In this document: positions 23,215 to 34,682 of the stretch, piece after piece | Position numbering within the stretch: position 1 is the stretch's first letter | How the letters are laid out: each line of letters opens with the position of its first letter | Assembly (NCBI RefSeq): GCF_902459465.1 | Contig: NC_047065.1 | Span: 7,006,001 to 7,070,000 of the forward strand | Origin: Asterias rubens | Taxonomy: Eukaryota | Direction of reading: 5' to 3' | Length of the DNA: 64,000 nucleotides | Notes under the pieces: model-generated | Databases searched by the model: none | Told to the model about the DNA's origin: nothing | Seen by the model: only the letters and a program-made list of their open reading frames with translations | Program-made: the position numbers and the translations under genes

Positions 23215-23538
23215 AGGCAGTGGACACTATTGGTAATTACTCAAAATTATTATTAGCATAAAACCGTCCTTGGTGACGAGTAATGGGGATAGGTTGATGG
23301 CATAAAACATTGTGGGAAACGGCTCCCTCTGAAGTGATGTAGTTTTCGAGAAGAAGTAACTTTCCACGAATTTGATTTCGAGACCTCAAGTTAAGGGTGT
23401 ATTTTCTTTGATTATAATCTCGCAAGTTCGATGATCGATTGAGCTCAAATTTTCACAGGTTTGTTATTTTATGCATATGTGGAGATGCACCCACTGTGAA
23501 GGCTAGTCTTTGACAATTACCAATAGTGTCCACTGCCT
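23215..23538. mobile_element. Family A MITE, inverted relative to 22540-22918, deleted at the hairpin
   Basis: Perfect TIRs and TTAA on both sides; junction gagacctcaagtt|aagggtg. Confidence 0.92.
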
Positions 23539-23702
23539 TTAAGTTGCTATTATACCATCTGTTGGAATCAATCAATACCTTTAAACGTTGGAGCAAACTT
23601 CGCAGACGCCGAATTGATGTTCGGAACGCCATATTTCAAATTTGTACATTTTGTGTACAGAGAATATTATGATGAAAATAGTCGCGAGATATTGCCATAA
23701 GT

Positions 23703-24105
23703 GGAAGTGTCGTAGCCGAGCGGTTTAGATCACCGAATTCAAACTCTGGTGTTTCTGATCAGCAGAGTGTGGGTTTGAATCCCCAGCTGTGACACTTGTG
23801 TCCTTAAGCAAGACACTTGACCATTGCTTCGTCCTTCCTATGGGACGTAAAGCCGTTGGTCCCATGTGTTGTGTAACGCATGTAAAAGAACCCAGTGCAC
23901 TTATCGAAAAGAGAAGGGGTTCGCCCCGGTGTTCCTGGCTGTGGCTGCTTAATGCACCGTAGCACCTTGTAAACCCATATAAGGTGCTCACTAATTGGGT
24001 CTCAACATTCATCAACGCAATAACCTATCTTTCTGATAGGTTTGAGTACCTTGTTTGGTAGATACGTGCGCTATATAAGACTTCGATATTTTTACTATTA
24101 TTATA
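23703..24105 (+). mobile_element. tRNA-Leu(CAA)-like SINE with a Deu/Nin-like central domain and an L2-like tail
   Basis: A box TAGCCGAGCGG (23713), B box GGTTTGAATCC (23772), gtgtccttaagcaagacactt, aaagaacccagtgcacttatcgaaaagagaaggggttcgccccggtg, tail gcgctatataag...tattatta. Confidence 0.85.
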
Positions 24106-24109
24106 AATC

Positions 24110-24369
24110 CGGAGTGAATAATGTTTAAGCAGAAAAATAAACCCTAATAGGAAATACACAATCTGAAGAATGTTTTGGACAGTAACGTTTATCGGATTCA
24201 AATTTTAGGGCATACGAACTGATGTAATTCTCCACAAACCACATTACTTCGAAGTGAAACGTTTTTTTAAAGGGTTGATACTACATCGAAAGCGAATCTA
24301 TATAGGCTTCCTAATAAAAGTTTGTATTGCAATTCATTTTAAGACTGATCACCAACCGTACACCTTCCC
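24110..24369. mobile_element. Family F MITE, partial
   Basis: Similar to 5330-5549; ends cgtacaccttccct. Confidence 0.6.
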
Positions 24370-27300
24370 TTCAGGGAAATCGAAACCTATTAATCGAAAG
24401 AAGTTCGTCTGTCTCAACTCGTGTGTGATCGAATGAATATTACACCACCGGGACCTGCCAACTCTATTTGAAATAGAAACAACAACCTAGTCTGTTTTCC
24501 CACCAAGATATTAATGTTTTTCCAACATCAAAATAAGTCAGACTGTCATGAGTTACACTTTTCCGTGAAACGTCAATCGACCCAAAAAAAACAATCCAAA
24601 TCTGTGATCATTAGCTCTATTTTTATTAGAAAAGTGCAGACAAAGAGTTTTCCAAGACGTCCAGGGCAATCTCGATCATTAATCTCTTGACTAAAAAATA
24701 CTCCAGAGAACATATCTGCAAATCGAACAAACTTGGACATGACAAGTTATACGGACAATATTGGTGAAGAGATTTCACGTTGTTATTCTGAGGCTTAACA
24801 CGCTGTAAGAAACGGCTGGGATAGAAAAACCGAGAGTAATACAGAGACAATCTTGTACAAGAAATGCAGGTTTCTTTACAAGCATTATGAGGAAACAACT
24901 ATACCGATTTAAAAAAAAGCGAAGAGGGCGGACAGCGTAAATGTTAACAGGTTTCTATATACGATCAACAATATTGACATTGATCTTGTCCGGGGCAGGG
25001 TGTACGAATCTATGTGATATTATAGACGCGAACAAGTAACTCTAAACTCCGCTATCTAGGAATGATTGCTATTTAATCTTGGCCAGTGAGAGAAACACCT
25101 GCAATCATCATAAGGAAACTTGTCTTGATAGTGCAGCCCGGTTTAATTATCCTAGAACCTTCTAAAGAAATCCGGCCATAAATACCTATAGATTTCAGGG
25201 AGACAAATATATCCCTGATGCACGGTCTTTATTTACAATGCACTTCTCACATTATGCTGTGGGAATTCGTAGGACACTGGCCGGCGGTTAGGGAATTGGA
25301 ATTTCTAATAAATGTTTGCCTTTTCGAGGAGCGTAAAAAATCTGTTTCTTGGGGAAAGCAATTTAGGGAAACGTTGCAAGCTTCATCTTGGTATGCGTTT
25401 TTTTATAAGAAGTAATAAATATGACTGTGGTATTTTACTTCTGGTTTTTAATTTTGGGGTAAAGTTTCAACTTCGCTGTCCTCCGTCCATGTCACAGATT
25501 GGGTGCGGTACAGCTTCGCTGCCGTGGGCGGCGCGCCGTTTCGATACCTCTCGTCACTATTACCCCCTTGGAGGGGGATGGGGGGGGACACTGAAAAACA
25601 AGCTGGTGGCCCCAAAAAATAAGTGAGAGCGCTTGTTAAAAAAATGTGAGAGCGTTTGTTAAAACTTTCGAGCGCTTGTGTGACGCTATGACGCTTAGTA
25701 CGTGCACGTCAAAATGCAAGTATTGTACACGACTTTACTTTAAAGGAATCATGTTTTTACACGGCCACCCTGAACTGCATATAAAGTTAGACATTTTACA
25801 AGATCAAAAAAGAAAAAGAGGAGACCAGCTGCTTTTTGACTTGATGCCTCTTTTGTGAGTTACCATACTTGATTTGGTTGATAGGGTGGATCGGCCATAA
25901 GCCTAATTAACATGTGCCAGACTCTGGCCACTTTGAATGATCCAAGTCCTAGAGTTATGAGCGAGCACGGGATTTAGGGGGAAAATGGCACGGCAAAGTC
26001 GATCACCCCTGGGAACGAGGTTGGGTACCCCCAGTTTTGTCATTGGAATAGCTCGACGTCACACTGGTGCGGTGTGGTGCCATTCTGAGTGAGCTTTACA
26101 TGCAGTAGTGTAGTGGAGACAGATCTGGGTTATACGACGTGTTTATGAATAGTTACTGTGAAGGCAGCTAACGTTGATATCATGAAATATGTAACACATC
26201 TTAAAATAATAAAATACGGATTTATAGCTAGTTGTAGTGACTTAAAGCGAACTGACAACCTTCGCGGTTTTCGTACTGTATGTTCCCAGTCGCCTGTATA
26301 CATGAAATGACTCAGCTGTGAAAGTTTACGCTTTTATAATCGGTCATCGGAGTGACGAGAAAGTAGAGACAATCCTTTGGCCGTTGCGGGAGTTGTTCCA
26401 CTGCCAAACATCGGGATGTTATTGAACGACTGTATTGAACAATGATGTTGAGGGCAAAGATTTTTCCCCGGACTTCTTTATAAAATACGATTGAGAAACA
26501 CAACTTAAAGTTTGAGTGCCCAGGGCAAGGTCGTTTACCCGCTGTTTTTTTTACAACCAAGACTGGTCCGCTGTACACAAACGAGCATTTACGTTGTGAT
26601 AGTAATATAATGGTTTGCACACCTGACCACAACAATATCTATGGGTCCGCCCATGGAATGGTAAACCATTCGGAAGACTGTGGGATTGCTATCGGTTTGT
26701 CACTAGATTGAGATTTCAGCTGTAATGTCCAAAATGAAGTTGTGTGCACCCATAAATGGGTAACCATAAAAGTCTTTGGCATTTCCTCTTTCCCGGGGTT
26801 CATTTTAGTGACTTAACCCGGATAACGTTGGACATTTTGATGAAAACTCTGTTTCATTTTAATAAATGGCATTTCTAGGAAAACAATTACATTTCTAAAA
26901 ATGCCTGACATTGGGGGCTGAACATTAACGAACTGGGCCGAAAATGATCACCTATTCTGAATTCGCACGGCCTGATTTCCACATTTTAAACAAAAAAACA
27001 TAGCCTTGCAAACATCATGGAGATCGACAAAAAGACTACTCAAACATTGACAGAAAGTAATTTCAAATCAGTCTCCAATTTTGAGCGAATCAAACCGAAA
27101 CACGATACGACACTCTAATTGGAATGTTGAAGCCAAGATCAGGCTTATTCCTAATATGTAAATTGACTATTCACATAATTGAGGGGTTACATTTCACCGA
27201 AACTCATCTACGACCAAAACCCGTTCTAATTTTGGGCGGAATTAAATTGAAATACAATACTAGATTTGGGTTGAAATTGTAAAGAGCTGCATCCACGTGC

Positions 27301-29144
27301 ATGGTTAAAACCCGGAAGCATTGTAACAAAACGCTAGCCGTGTATCCCACGGGCATCTTTATGCTTGCAGCACCGCCAGAGCTCCCGACTCTTTCCACAA
27401 ATAACACCAAGACATCGTAAACGCTATAAATTGTTTAATTGGATTTGTATAGAGTTTCTAAGAAACAGAATAGTTTGAAACGACGATTGGACTGTGAATG
27501 CCCGAGGAGCAAAGAAAGTAGCCCGGGCCGTTGTAGTTTTATTTGTGTGGAAGTAAAACGGTGGGATTTCTGTATCCTGGAGGGATACGAGGTTGCTATG
27601 CATTCAGGGGCTGAGGAAATTTGTCAAAATGGGGGATCAACACAAATATTTTCAACCTGCTTGTAAAAGTTTCGAGACTTCTCAGCCAACTTATTGACGA
27701 CGAGGGAAGTTTAAACTGGGTTTTTTTTTCTTTTTCTTTGTTTTCTTCTAATTTTGTTTTTAAACGGCAAGTTTGATTACAATTGGTAGCGGTCGGTTAT
27801 GAATTGCCCCGTGTCCTGATATTATTGTTACTATTGAAGTGTCTAAAGATGTCTGTTTCGGCAGCAATTGTTGCAGTTTTGAGAAAGACGGCAGTGAAAC
27901 AAGTTGCGCTTAAAGGTTTTGACACTCCTGAAAAAAGGCGAATTATTTATTGAACCTTAAAGCTATCATTCAGCTGTGCTTCAGGCGATGCCTCAGTTGA
28001 TTTTGCATATGTTGTTACATTCTTTGTATCAACAACAAGAAGTAAAGAATGAAGCAAAGTATCATCCTCGGTAAAAACACCGAGGCACAAAAACCAACAA
28101 CAACGAAAGCAAAACCAGTTCGGTAAGAACACCAACACTTCTGGAACGAACTTAACCATTTTGTTCAGAAAACAAAGAAAGAATTTACAGTCTTCACCAC
28201 TATAGTATTCCTCAAAAAAAAAAGTATCAAGCTAGCACATCTCCTAAGCAAGTCAAGTATTTACGTTTCGGGATAACAGTGCATAACTCACTGCTTTTGC
28301 CTCAGCACCAGCGCGTCAAAACACTTTAGAAATGCAATTACCATTCTCTTGAGGAGAACACAAGTTTCCTGTCTTGCAGTAGTATTGCTGTGTGTCAAAC
28401 CAACCCAGAGCAGGGTACTTAAACGATGCAACGGCTCAGCCCGACCTGATTGCACTACACAAATGAACTCGCCGAGTCAAGTTGACAAGGTGTACATGCT
28501 ACTTGAGGGGTAGTCGGTGGACTTGCCCCCCCCCCCCCCCCCCCCCCACCCCACCCCAGGCCAGGATCACCACAGAATTATAATCGCGTGATTTGCAAGG
28601 GGCTGTGAGTTTGATGGATTTAAGTTTAGAACAGGAACAGCAACCTCAATGCTTAACAACGATGGCAGGAATCTGGCGTTTCAGACACGGCACCGTCGCT
28701 CACGTTGAAGACGTAATTAAAAATGCAAGTGGATTAGTGATGACAAGTTTAATGATGTGGATGTGGTACTACGGCAATCGGCATGGCCTTTGATAGTGCG
28801 GTGGCGGTGCGTTTCACACGGGGACTCCAAGCCACTGACCTGTCGGACAACTGGGAAGTCTCGCAAAGTAGAAATGTTTTGTTGTTTCAATTTATAATAG
28901 TATGATAACAAACACTCTTCTGTTCGCGAATTTGTGTACCGTAGCTTGGTTTTCGAAAGAATGTTTCAAAATGGTGGAGGCTTTTAAAATAATTATTCAT
29001 CTAATAATTAACGACTCCATGCATGGGGTAATACAAGTGCGGACGACCTATACGTACTGTGTGATACACAAGTTATGTGCTGGTTTTTGCGCCGTCTTTT
29101 TCGGAATAACAACTGCGACCGCCTTAACCAAGGTTAGCTGTTAA

Positions 29145-29522
29145 AGGCAGTGGACACTATTGGTAATGGTCAAATACTAGCCTTCAAAGTTGGTGTATCT
29201 CAACATATGCGTAAAATACAAACCTGTGAAATTTTGAGCTCAATCGGTCATCGAAGTTGTAAAATAATATTGAAAGGAAAAAACACCATTGTCACGCGAA
29301 GTTGTGTGCGTTTAGATGAATGATTTCAAGACATCAAGTTCTAAATCTGAGGTCTCGAAATCAAATTCGTGGAAAATTACTTCTTTCTCGAAAACTATGG
29401 CACTTCAGAGGGAGCCGTTTTTCACAATGTTTTATACCATCAACCTCTCCCCATTACTCGTCACCAACAAAGGTTTTATGCTAATAATTATTCTGAGTAA
29501 TAACTAATAGTGTCCACTGCCT
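29145..29522. mobile_element. Kolobok MITE family A, full length (378 bp)
   Basis: TTAA|AGGCAGTGGACACTATT ... AATAGTGTCCACTGCCT|TTAA. Confidence 0.93.
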
Positions 29523-30996
29523 TTAAAGTGCTTTATGATTGTGCACCAATCAGGGAGGATTGATGCGGACGGAGAAGTTAGAGGCATAGCACATACCCCT
29601 TTATTATCTCAGAATGAGTTTTTTTTTTTTTTTTAAGATGTGATCGAACGTTAGGACACTTCACGCTTTAGAACATACCTCTTTTCTGAAACAATCACCC
29701 AGAAAGGATGGTAACATGATCCAAAACATGATCCTAATCTTTAATATGTTTGCCCTTTCCGGGGTTCTTGAGCGGCCCTGGAACGTACGGTAGTGTAAGC
29801 TTGGCTATTCGTGCAACACTCTCCATTTCAGTTTTTTCAGATATAACACAAGTATGTAAAGAGACGAAATTTATGGCTCACTCCTTGACAATATTAGTTG
29901 GTAACTAAATTTAAAAAAAATTGAGCTCATATACATAATATATAATAATAATATTTTATAATATAAGAAAATGTACGTTTGGTTAACCACTCCATTGTTC
30001 CACTGCTAGAAAACAATACATAAAACACAATACTTTTGATCAAAATATACAAAACCCTTGCCTATTGGTAAATACAAATTGATACCAACATGTGAATACT
30101 TAGAAAACGTTTAGCCAATTTTCACCACAGCAAATTAAGAGAAAACGATATTCTGACGACTAAATGCTAAAGCTCTTTTAACACAGTTTTATTTCCTTAC
30201 AATAAATTCCGTCGTCGACAAATCCCCACAACGATACTCCGAAACCGACCGCAATGGTCTTGAAAAAGCAAAATTCCCAGACTAAATAAAAATAATCGTT
30301 CCGAACAAAAATCCAATAAAGTTGTCCAAATTAATGTGTGTTTTTGAATGCATTAATGCAGAACAAGACCTACTCATTTTCAATGTACATATCCATACGC
30401 ATTGCAATAATCGCGTTTAATGTATGTACCAGTGGACTTCACACACTACACGTGGTGCGTTAAACGTGCGATGAAGTCTCGTGATATGTCAAATAATATT
30501 TCCGCTGTTAGATGGCGTCATTTGTTTTCGGCTGATTGCTTGAAGTTTGTATCCGTTAAAACCATGATGGTAAATTTAATTAAAATATTGGGGCCAAACG
30601 GCATGGGGGCTACACTTTAACTGGTGTGGGCTGTTGACCCAAACCGATTGCCACCAGGGGCACGTGCCAACTACTCCCGGGCCGAAACAGGGTGACCCCC
30701 TTTTACAGTCCACAAGGATGTAGGCATTGGTATCAACCACTGGAGCCTGGCTGGTACAGCACAATTCAATACCTCCTAACTCAAAGGGGTGGGGATGGGA
30801 TGTGGGGGACATGTCAGATCCACCTGTGAGAAGGGGCGGCATCAAATGAATTGCCCCCAACACATACACACACAAGTGAGTAAACACCTGCAATCGTGGA
30901 CCCTCCTTTGTTCAACTCCTTGTGATAGCAAAGTAAAGTTTTAATTGTAAGGAATAACTTTCTTAGTGAAATTGCAGTGAAGTTTTCAAAACTTAC

Positions 30997-31268
30997 CCCC
31001 CAAGTTGGGCCTGATTCTTTTATCGTACGGTCGCAGAAGATAATACAGAATCTCGGACGACTCCGCAACGTGCGGCTGGCCGGCTTGCCGTTGCCCGAGC
31101 ATCTTATAAATCGCTGCTTCACTAGCAGAGCCTTCGGAATCCTCCGAACCCGTCGTACTAGCCTGGGATTCACTGACTCCCGTCTTGACTACGGTCGGAT
31201 CGCATTTAGCAGTCTTGTTGCTGCTACCTCGTGGGTCCGGGGTCCCTTGCATAGTGTCATTCTTCACG
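30997..31268 (-). CDS. Internal coding exon (equivalent to GABRB exon 2) of an anion-selective Cys-loop ligand-gated ion channel subunit (GABA-A beta/RDL/GlyR-like)
   Basis: Acceptor tctattgttctttcAG (AG at 31270-31269) and donor G|GTAAGT (30996-30991). The 272 nt split as 1+90 codons+1 and translate S|VKNDTMQG...SSEILYYLLRPYDKRIRPNLG|G. This matches the alpha1 helix and YDxRxRP motif (RDL YDKRVRPNYGG, GABRB YDIRLRPDFGG), and the phase 2/phase 1 boundaries match GABRB exon 2. Confidence 0.85.
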
Positions 31269-31448
31269 CTGAAAGAACAATAGATTTGTCTAAACTTAAA
31301 TAAGTCATTTTTATAAAGTGTTTTTAGTATAGAGTACTTAAAAGCCCACACGTCAGGTTTCAGGTTTCAGGTTTAAGGTTATCAGGAGATCACAGACAAG
31401 AAGCCCAAGCCCAAGGTCTGCCCTCTTCAAAAAGAACGTGAGAGGCAG

Positions 31449-31673
31449 AGGGCTGATTTCACACAGAGCTAAAATTAATCTTAAGCTGTGAATCAATCTA
31501 AGTTACTATCTTGTGTGATAATAATAACTGTATTCGCAAAAGGATACAAGGCGCTTAAGTCACAATACAAGTCAAGTTCGTAATAAGTCACAACAATGCA
31601 AGTCACTATGGCGGTATATAGACAACTCGTCGTAAGATGAATCTTGTTAAAATTTGTGTGTAAAATCCAGCTC
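31449..31673. mobile_element. Harbinger-like MITE with CAG/CTG flanks
   Basis: cag|agggctgatttcacac ... gtgtaaaatccagct|ctg. Confidence 0.6.
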
Positions 31674-31910
31674 TGACTGACTGTTGGGCTATCGTGTTTC
31701 CATTTGTTGAAATCTATAATTAAACGTCAACTTTATAAGTAATGGTTTGTCTTCCAACGGTGTGCAGTCGAAGTCTGAATACAATGGACAAAGTTTTCTA
31801 TGTGGAATACAGCCATACTTAGATGTTTTCCATTCAACCCAAAAGCTGTGGGTTTTACAAAAATACAGTTGGACTTCGCTTTGTAAGGTGGCTTTATTGT
31901 AATTTCTTAC

Positions 31911-31961
31911 CGTATAAGCGAAACAAAGAATGCAACTATAAAAGATTGTTGCGATGTTCAT
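31911..31961 (-). CDS. Candidate signal-peptide exon (MNIATIFYSCILCFAYT) of the Cys-loop gene
   Basis: ATG with A at -3, hydrophobic 17-mer, donor ACG|GTAAGA, 640 bp upstream of the main exon. It is phase 0, which conflicts with the phase-2 acceptor at 31269; it would fit only a weaker ttatttaAG acceptor (exon start 31294). Confidence 0.25.
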
Positions 31962-32394
31962 TGTAAATGCCTACTGCAATAATTAGCTTTAATTGAGCTT
32001 GCAAATATTTGAGGCAGAAAGGTTGTGTAAATTCCATGGTCAAAGATGCCTAAGGAAGGCCCATTACATCACCCTTATTCTGTCAATATCCACAAGTTCA
32101 CATTCTTTGATTAGCTTTTTCAACTGTATCCAAATCAGGTTACGCCTTGTTGAACAGCGCAGCTGCGGTGTTGGAAGGGCACAGACGTCTGCTAATGCCA
32201 AGGGCATTGTTTCTAATCAGTGGGCTTGCAATGTCACATAGCGACTAGGAATGGACACTGTACATTTTAATCGACACATAGAACACCGATTGAGCTGAGT
32301 ATACAGTGCTGAGTGTACAGTGCTAACACACTTCGGTGTATGGGTAAAAACCAAAATTAATACCGATTGAGCTATTAAGCCAACAATGATGCGT

Positions 32395-33250
32395 TAGACT
32401 TTGGTCGACACAGAAACTTGACCAGAGCGAAGATTTGAACAAAGCCAACGCATGCAAGAGTTCTACATGTTTCAGTGACGTTTGGTCGACAACGATTTTC
32501 AACCTAATTATAGGGTCGAACATAGCCATGGGTATATGTTGCATATGTTTGTTGACGATTGATCGACACCAAAGCTCGACCCATTTGAATCATCGAACGT
32601 CACGTGGATTGGTGATAGTTGTATATGTTTGGTGATGTTTGATCGACACAGATACCTGACCTGACTGAAGGTTTGAAAATACACTGTAAAAAGTATCCGT
32701 ATTTTAACGGACTCCGTAAAGTGAATTAATCCGTAAATTTCGCCGTTATTTTACGGGTTTTCCGTATATGCAAATACTAATTATGCTAATTAGCGTAATT
32801 ACAATCAACCACGTTTGCCCAAACACCTACACATAATAAAGTGCATGTAAGTACATACTTCGTTTCAGCCACAACCGTGTACACATGTACAAACCCACGT
32901 TAAGGGATTTTATATGTTACGGAATTAAAAAAAAAGTTCCGGTTATTTTGCTGCCGGAATTTTTTTTTTTTTCCGTATTCCTGCAGCAAAATTACACGGA
33001 CAAAGTTTTTCATTCCGTAAAATATAAAATCCCTTAACGTGGGTTTATACATGTGTACACGGTTGTAAAATAACGGCGAAATTTACGGAATAATTCACTT
33101 TACGGAGTCCGTTAAAATACGGATACTTTTTACAGTGTAGCTATGTATATGTGAGAGTTGTAAGTTTTGGTGATGTTTGGTCGACACCCAAACTTGACCT
33201 GATTGAAGGTTTTAACACGGCCATGAGCTGTACAATGTATGTTTCGATTG
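32395..33250. repeat. Degenerate 80-bp tandem repeat (5-6 copies) interrupted by an EnSpm-like MITE
   Basis: (g/a)tcgaca anchors at ~32404, 32484, 32563, 32643 and 33181; the 80-bp period is restored once the 458-bp insert is removed. Confidence 0.8.
32682..33137. mobile_element. CACTG (CMC/EnSpm-like) non-autonomous element, TA TSD, ~75-bp TIR
   Basis: TA|CACTGTAAAAAGTATCCG ... CGGATACTTTTTACAGTG|TA. Confidence 0.9.
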
Positions 33251-33784
33251 ATCTGCAAGGACCATTATCCCTTAATTAAGACAATGTTGATGGCCATGAG
33301 AGTGACTGAAGTACTCACGCAGCTAGGCATTGACACCAAGGCTTAAATTGGCATAAACGCTGCCGGCAGGGCATGTACTAAAGGAGATGTGCCTGGCCTA
33401 AGTAGGTCAACATGCAATATTCGTACATTTGCGTTCTGCATCGTGTGATTTTCAAAATACTGAAAAGCCTTTTGAGATAAAACCGGTGCGTTTGAGTATC
33501 CTAAATTTTTGTATATTAACAGGGTCAAAGTGCAGGCGCAAACCAACAAAATTCAAGCAGAAAATGATAACATAACATTTTTAACTCAACTTTAGGAGTT
33601 AAGTTATTTTGAACACATCCGTTTTTTCAAACAATGGACACCAAAAGGCTGAAAAGAGGCCGAGGAAGGAATGTTCGTTTGAAATAAAGGCGGACAAATC
33701 AAAATAAGGAAACCCACACGACATATTCTTAGCCAAATTGGTTAAAGATTGAACGTCAGGTTGACCCATTTCTGGGTTATTCTG

Positions 33785-33900
33785 ACAGAGATATGGGTCG
33801 GACAGACACAGATATTGGTCAGAAAGACACATATACGGGTCAGAAAGACACAGATACGGGTCAGAAAGACACAGATACGGGTCAGAAAGACACAGAAATG
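33785..33900. repeat. 21-bp tandem repeat (cagatacgggtcagaaagaca), ~5 copies
   Basis: Direct reading. Confidence 0.9.
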
Positions 33901-34312
33901 GGTTAGAATCCCCTTTAATCTGGAACTGAGTATATTCTGATCCTTTATTTGAGTGTAGCTGAGATAAACCAAGGCATACAATGTGCATTCTTGTTAACAT
34001 GAAATTTCAATACCTGATTCGAACTTTACTCGAACTTCATTCGTTTCTATTCACAGTGCAAGTTAGTCGTTTATTGAATGATAGGGTTTTCTTTGGGAAC
34101 TGTTACTTTTTACCTGTTGTTTTACTAAGTTGGCGCGCCTATTAGGTTTGTGCTGTTATCGTCGTGTAGCCTACACGGGGTTCTAGTGCGTATTTTAGTT
34201 TTGTATATTTAACGTGTTTTCAGACCCGCAAACCAATGTGAATTTTACTGGATATGTGTTTATAATATGTGCGTGTGGGTGTGACAATAAGACAAACTAA
34301 GACTTAGGTTAA

Positions 34313-34682
34313 AGAAACACGTTGCCTTGGATCGGTCGAGTTGGTCTTTGAAAAGCGTTTGTAACCGTTTGATATAAAGCGCATATGGGTAGAAAGATAT
34401 TTTTAAAGTAGAATACAATGATCCACACAAACATGCCTCAAAATTGCACGGTTTTCCTTTTACCTCGTCGACTTACACGGTCGGTCAAATTTTTGACTCC
34501 CATAAATGACCGACCGTGTTAGTTCGCACAGTAAAATGAAAATCACGCAATTTCGAGGCAAATTTGTGTTGATCATTGTATTCTACTTTTAAAACATCTT
34601 TCCAACAATATGCATTAAATAAAAAACGGTTACAAACGCTTTTTTATAGACCAACTCGTCTGATCCAAGGCACAGTGTTCCT
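34313..34682. mobile_element. Family B foldback MITE
   Basis: TTAA|AGAAACACGTTGCC ... GGCACAGTGTTCCT|TTAA; part of the central palindrome is deleted. Confidence 0.9.

Noticed and set aside
23703-23795. tRNA gene (also 52540-52633 and 14340-14398)
   Set aside because: Acceptor and anticodon stems are imperfect, and each runs into a SINE body with no oligo-T terminator.
27820-27927. Phase-1 acceptor giving GVSKPLSATCFTAVFLKTATIAAETD, faintly like GlyR exon 3
   Set aside because: It lacks the S-[IF]-x-x-[IV]-x-E-x-x-M pattern and a phase-0 donor at the expected distance.
28526-28550. Long poly-C/G runs (also ~7210, 16226, 46785, 49309, 59445)
   Set aside because: Common homopolymers whose lengths are unreliable in assemblies; no further structure.
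30576-30893. 105-aa ORF just downstream of the receptor exon
   Set aside because: No phase-compatible acceptor and no family similarity.
32395-33250. Repeat-spacer (CRISPR-like) reading of the 80-bp array
   Set aside because: The would-be spacers are homologous to each other, so this is a degenerate tandem repeat.
33319-33374. Phase-2 first-exon candidate MPCRQRLCQFKPWCQCLA with a GTGAGT donor
   Set aside because: Phase-compatible but has no hydrophobic core, so it is not a credible signal peptide.
33599-34000. 133-aa and 79-aa repetitive ORFs
   Set aside because: Open only because the 21-bp repeat is a multiple of three.
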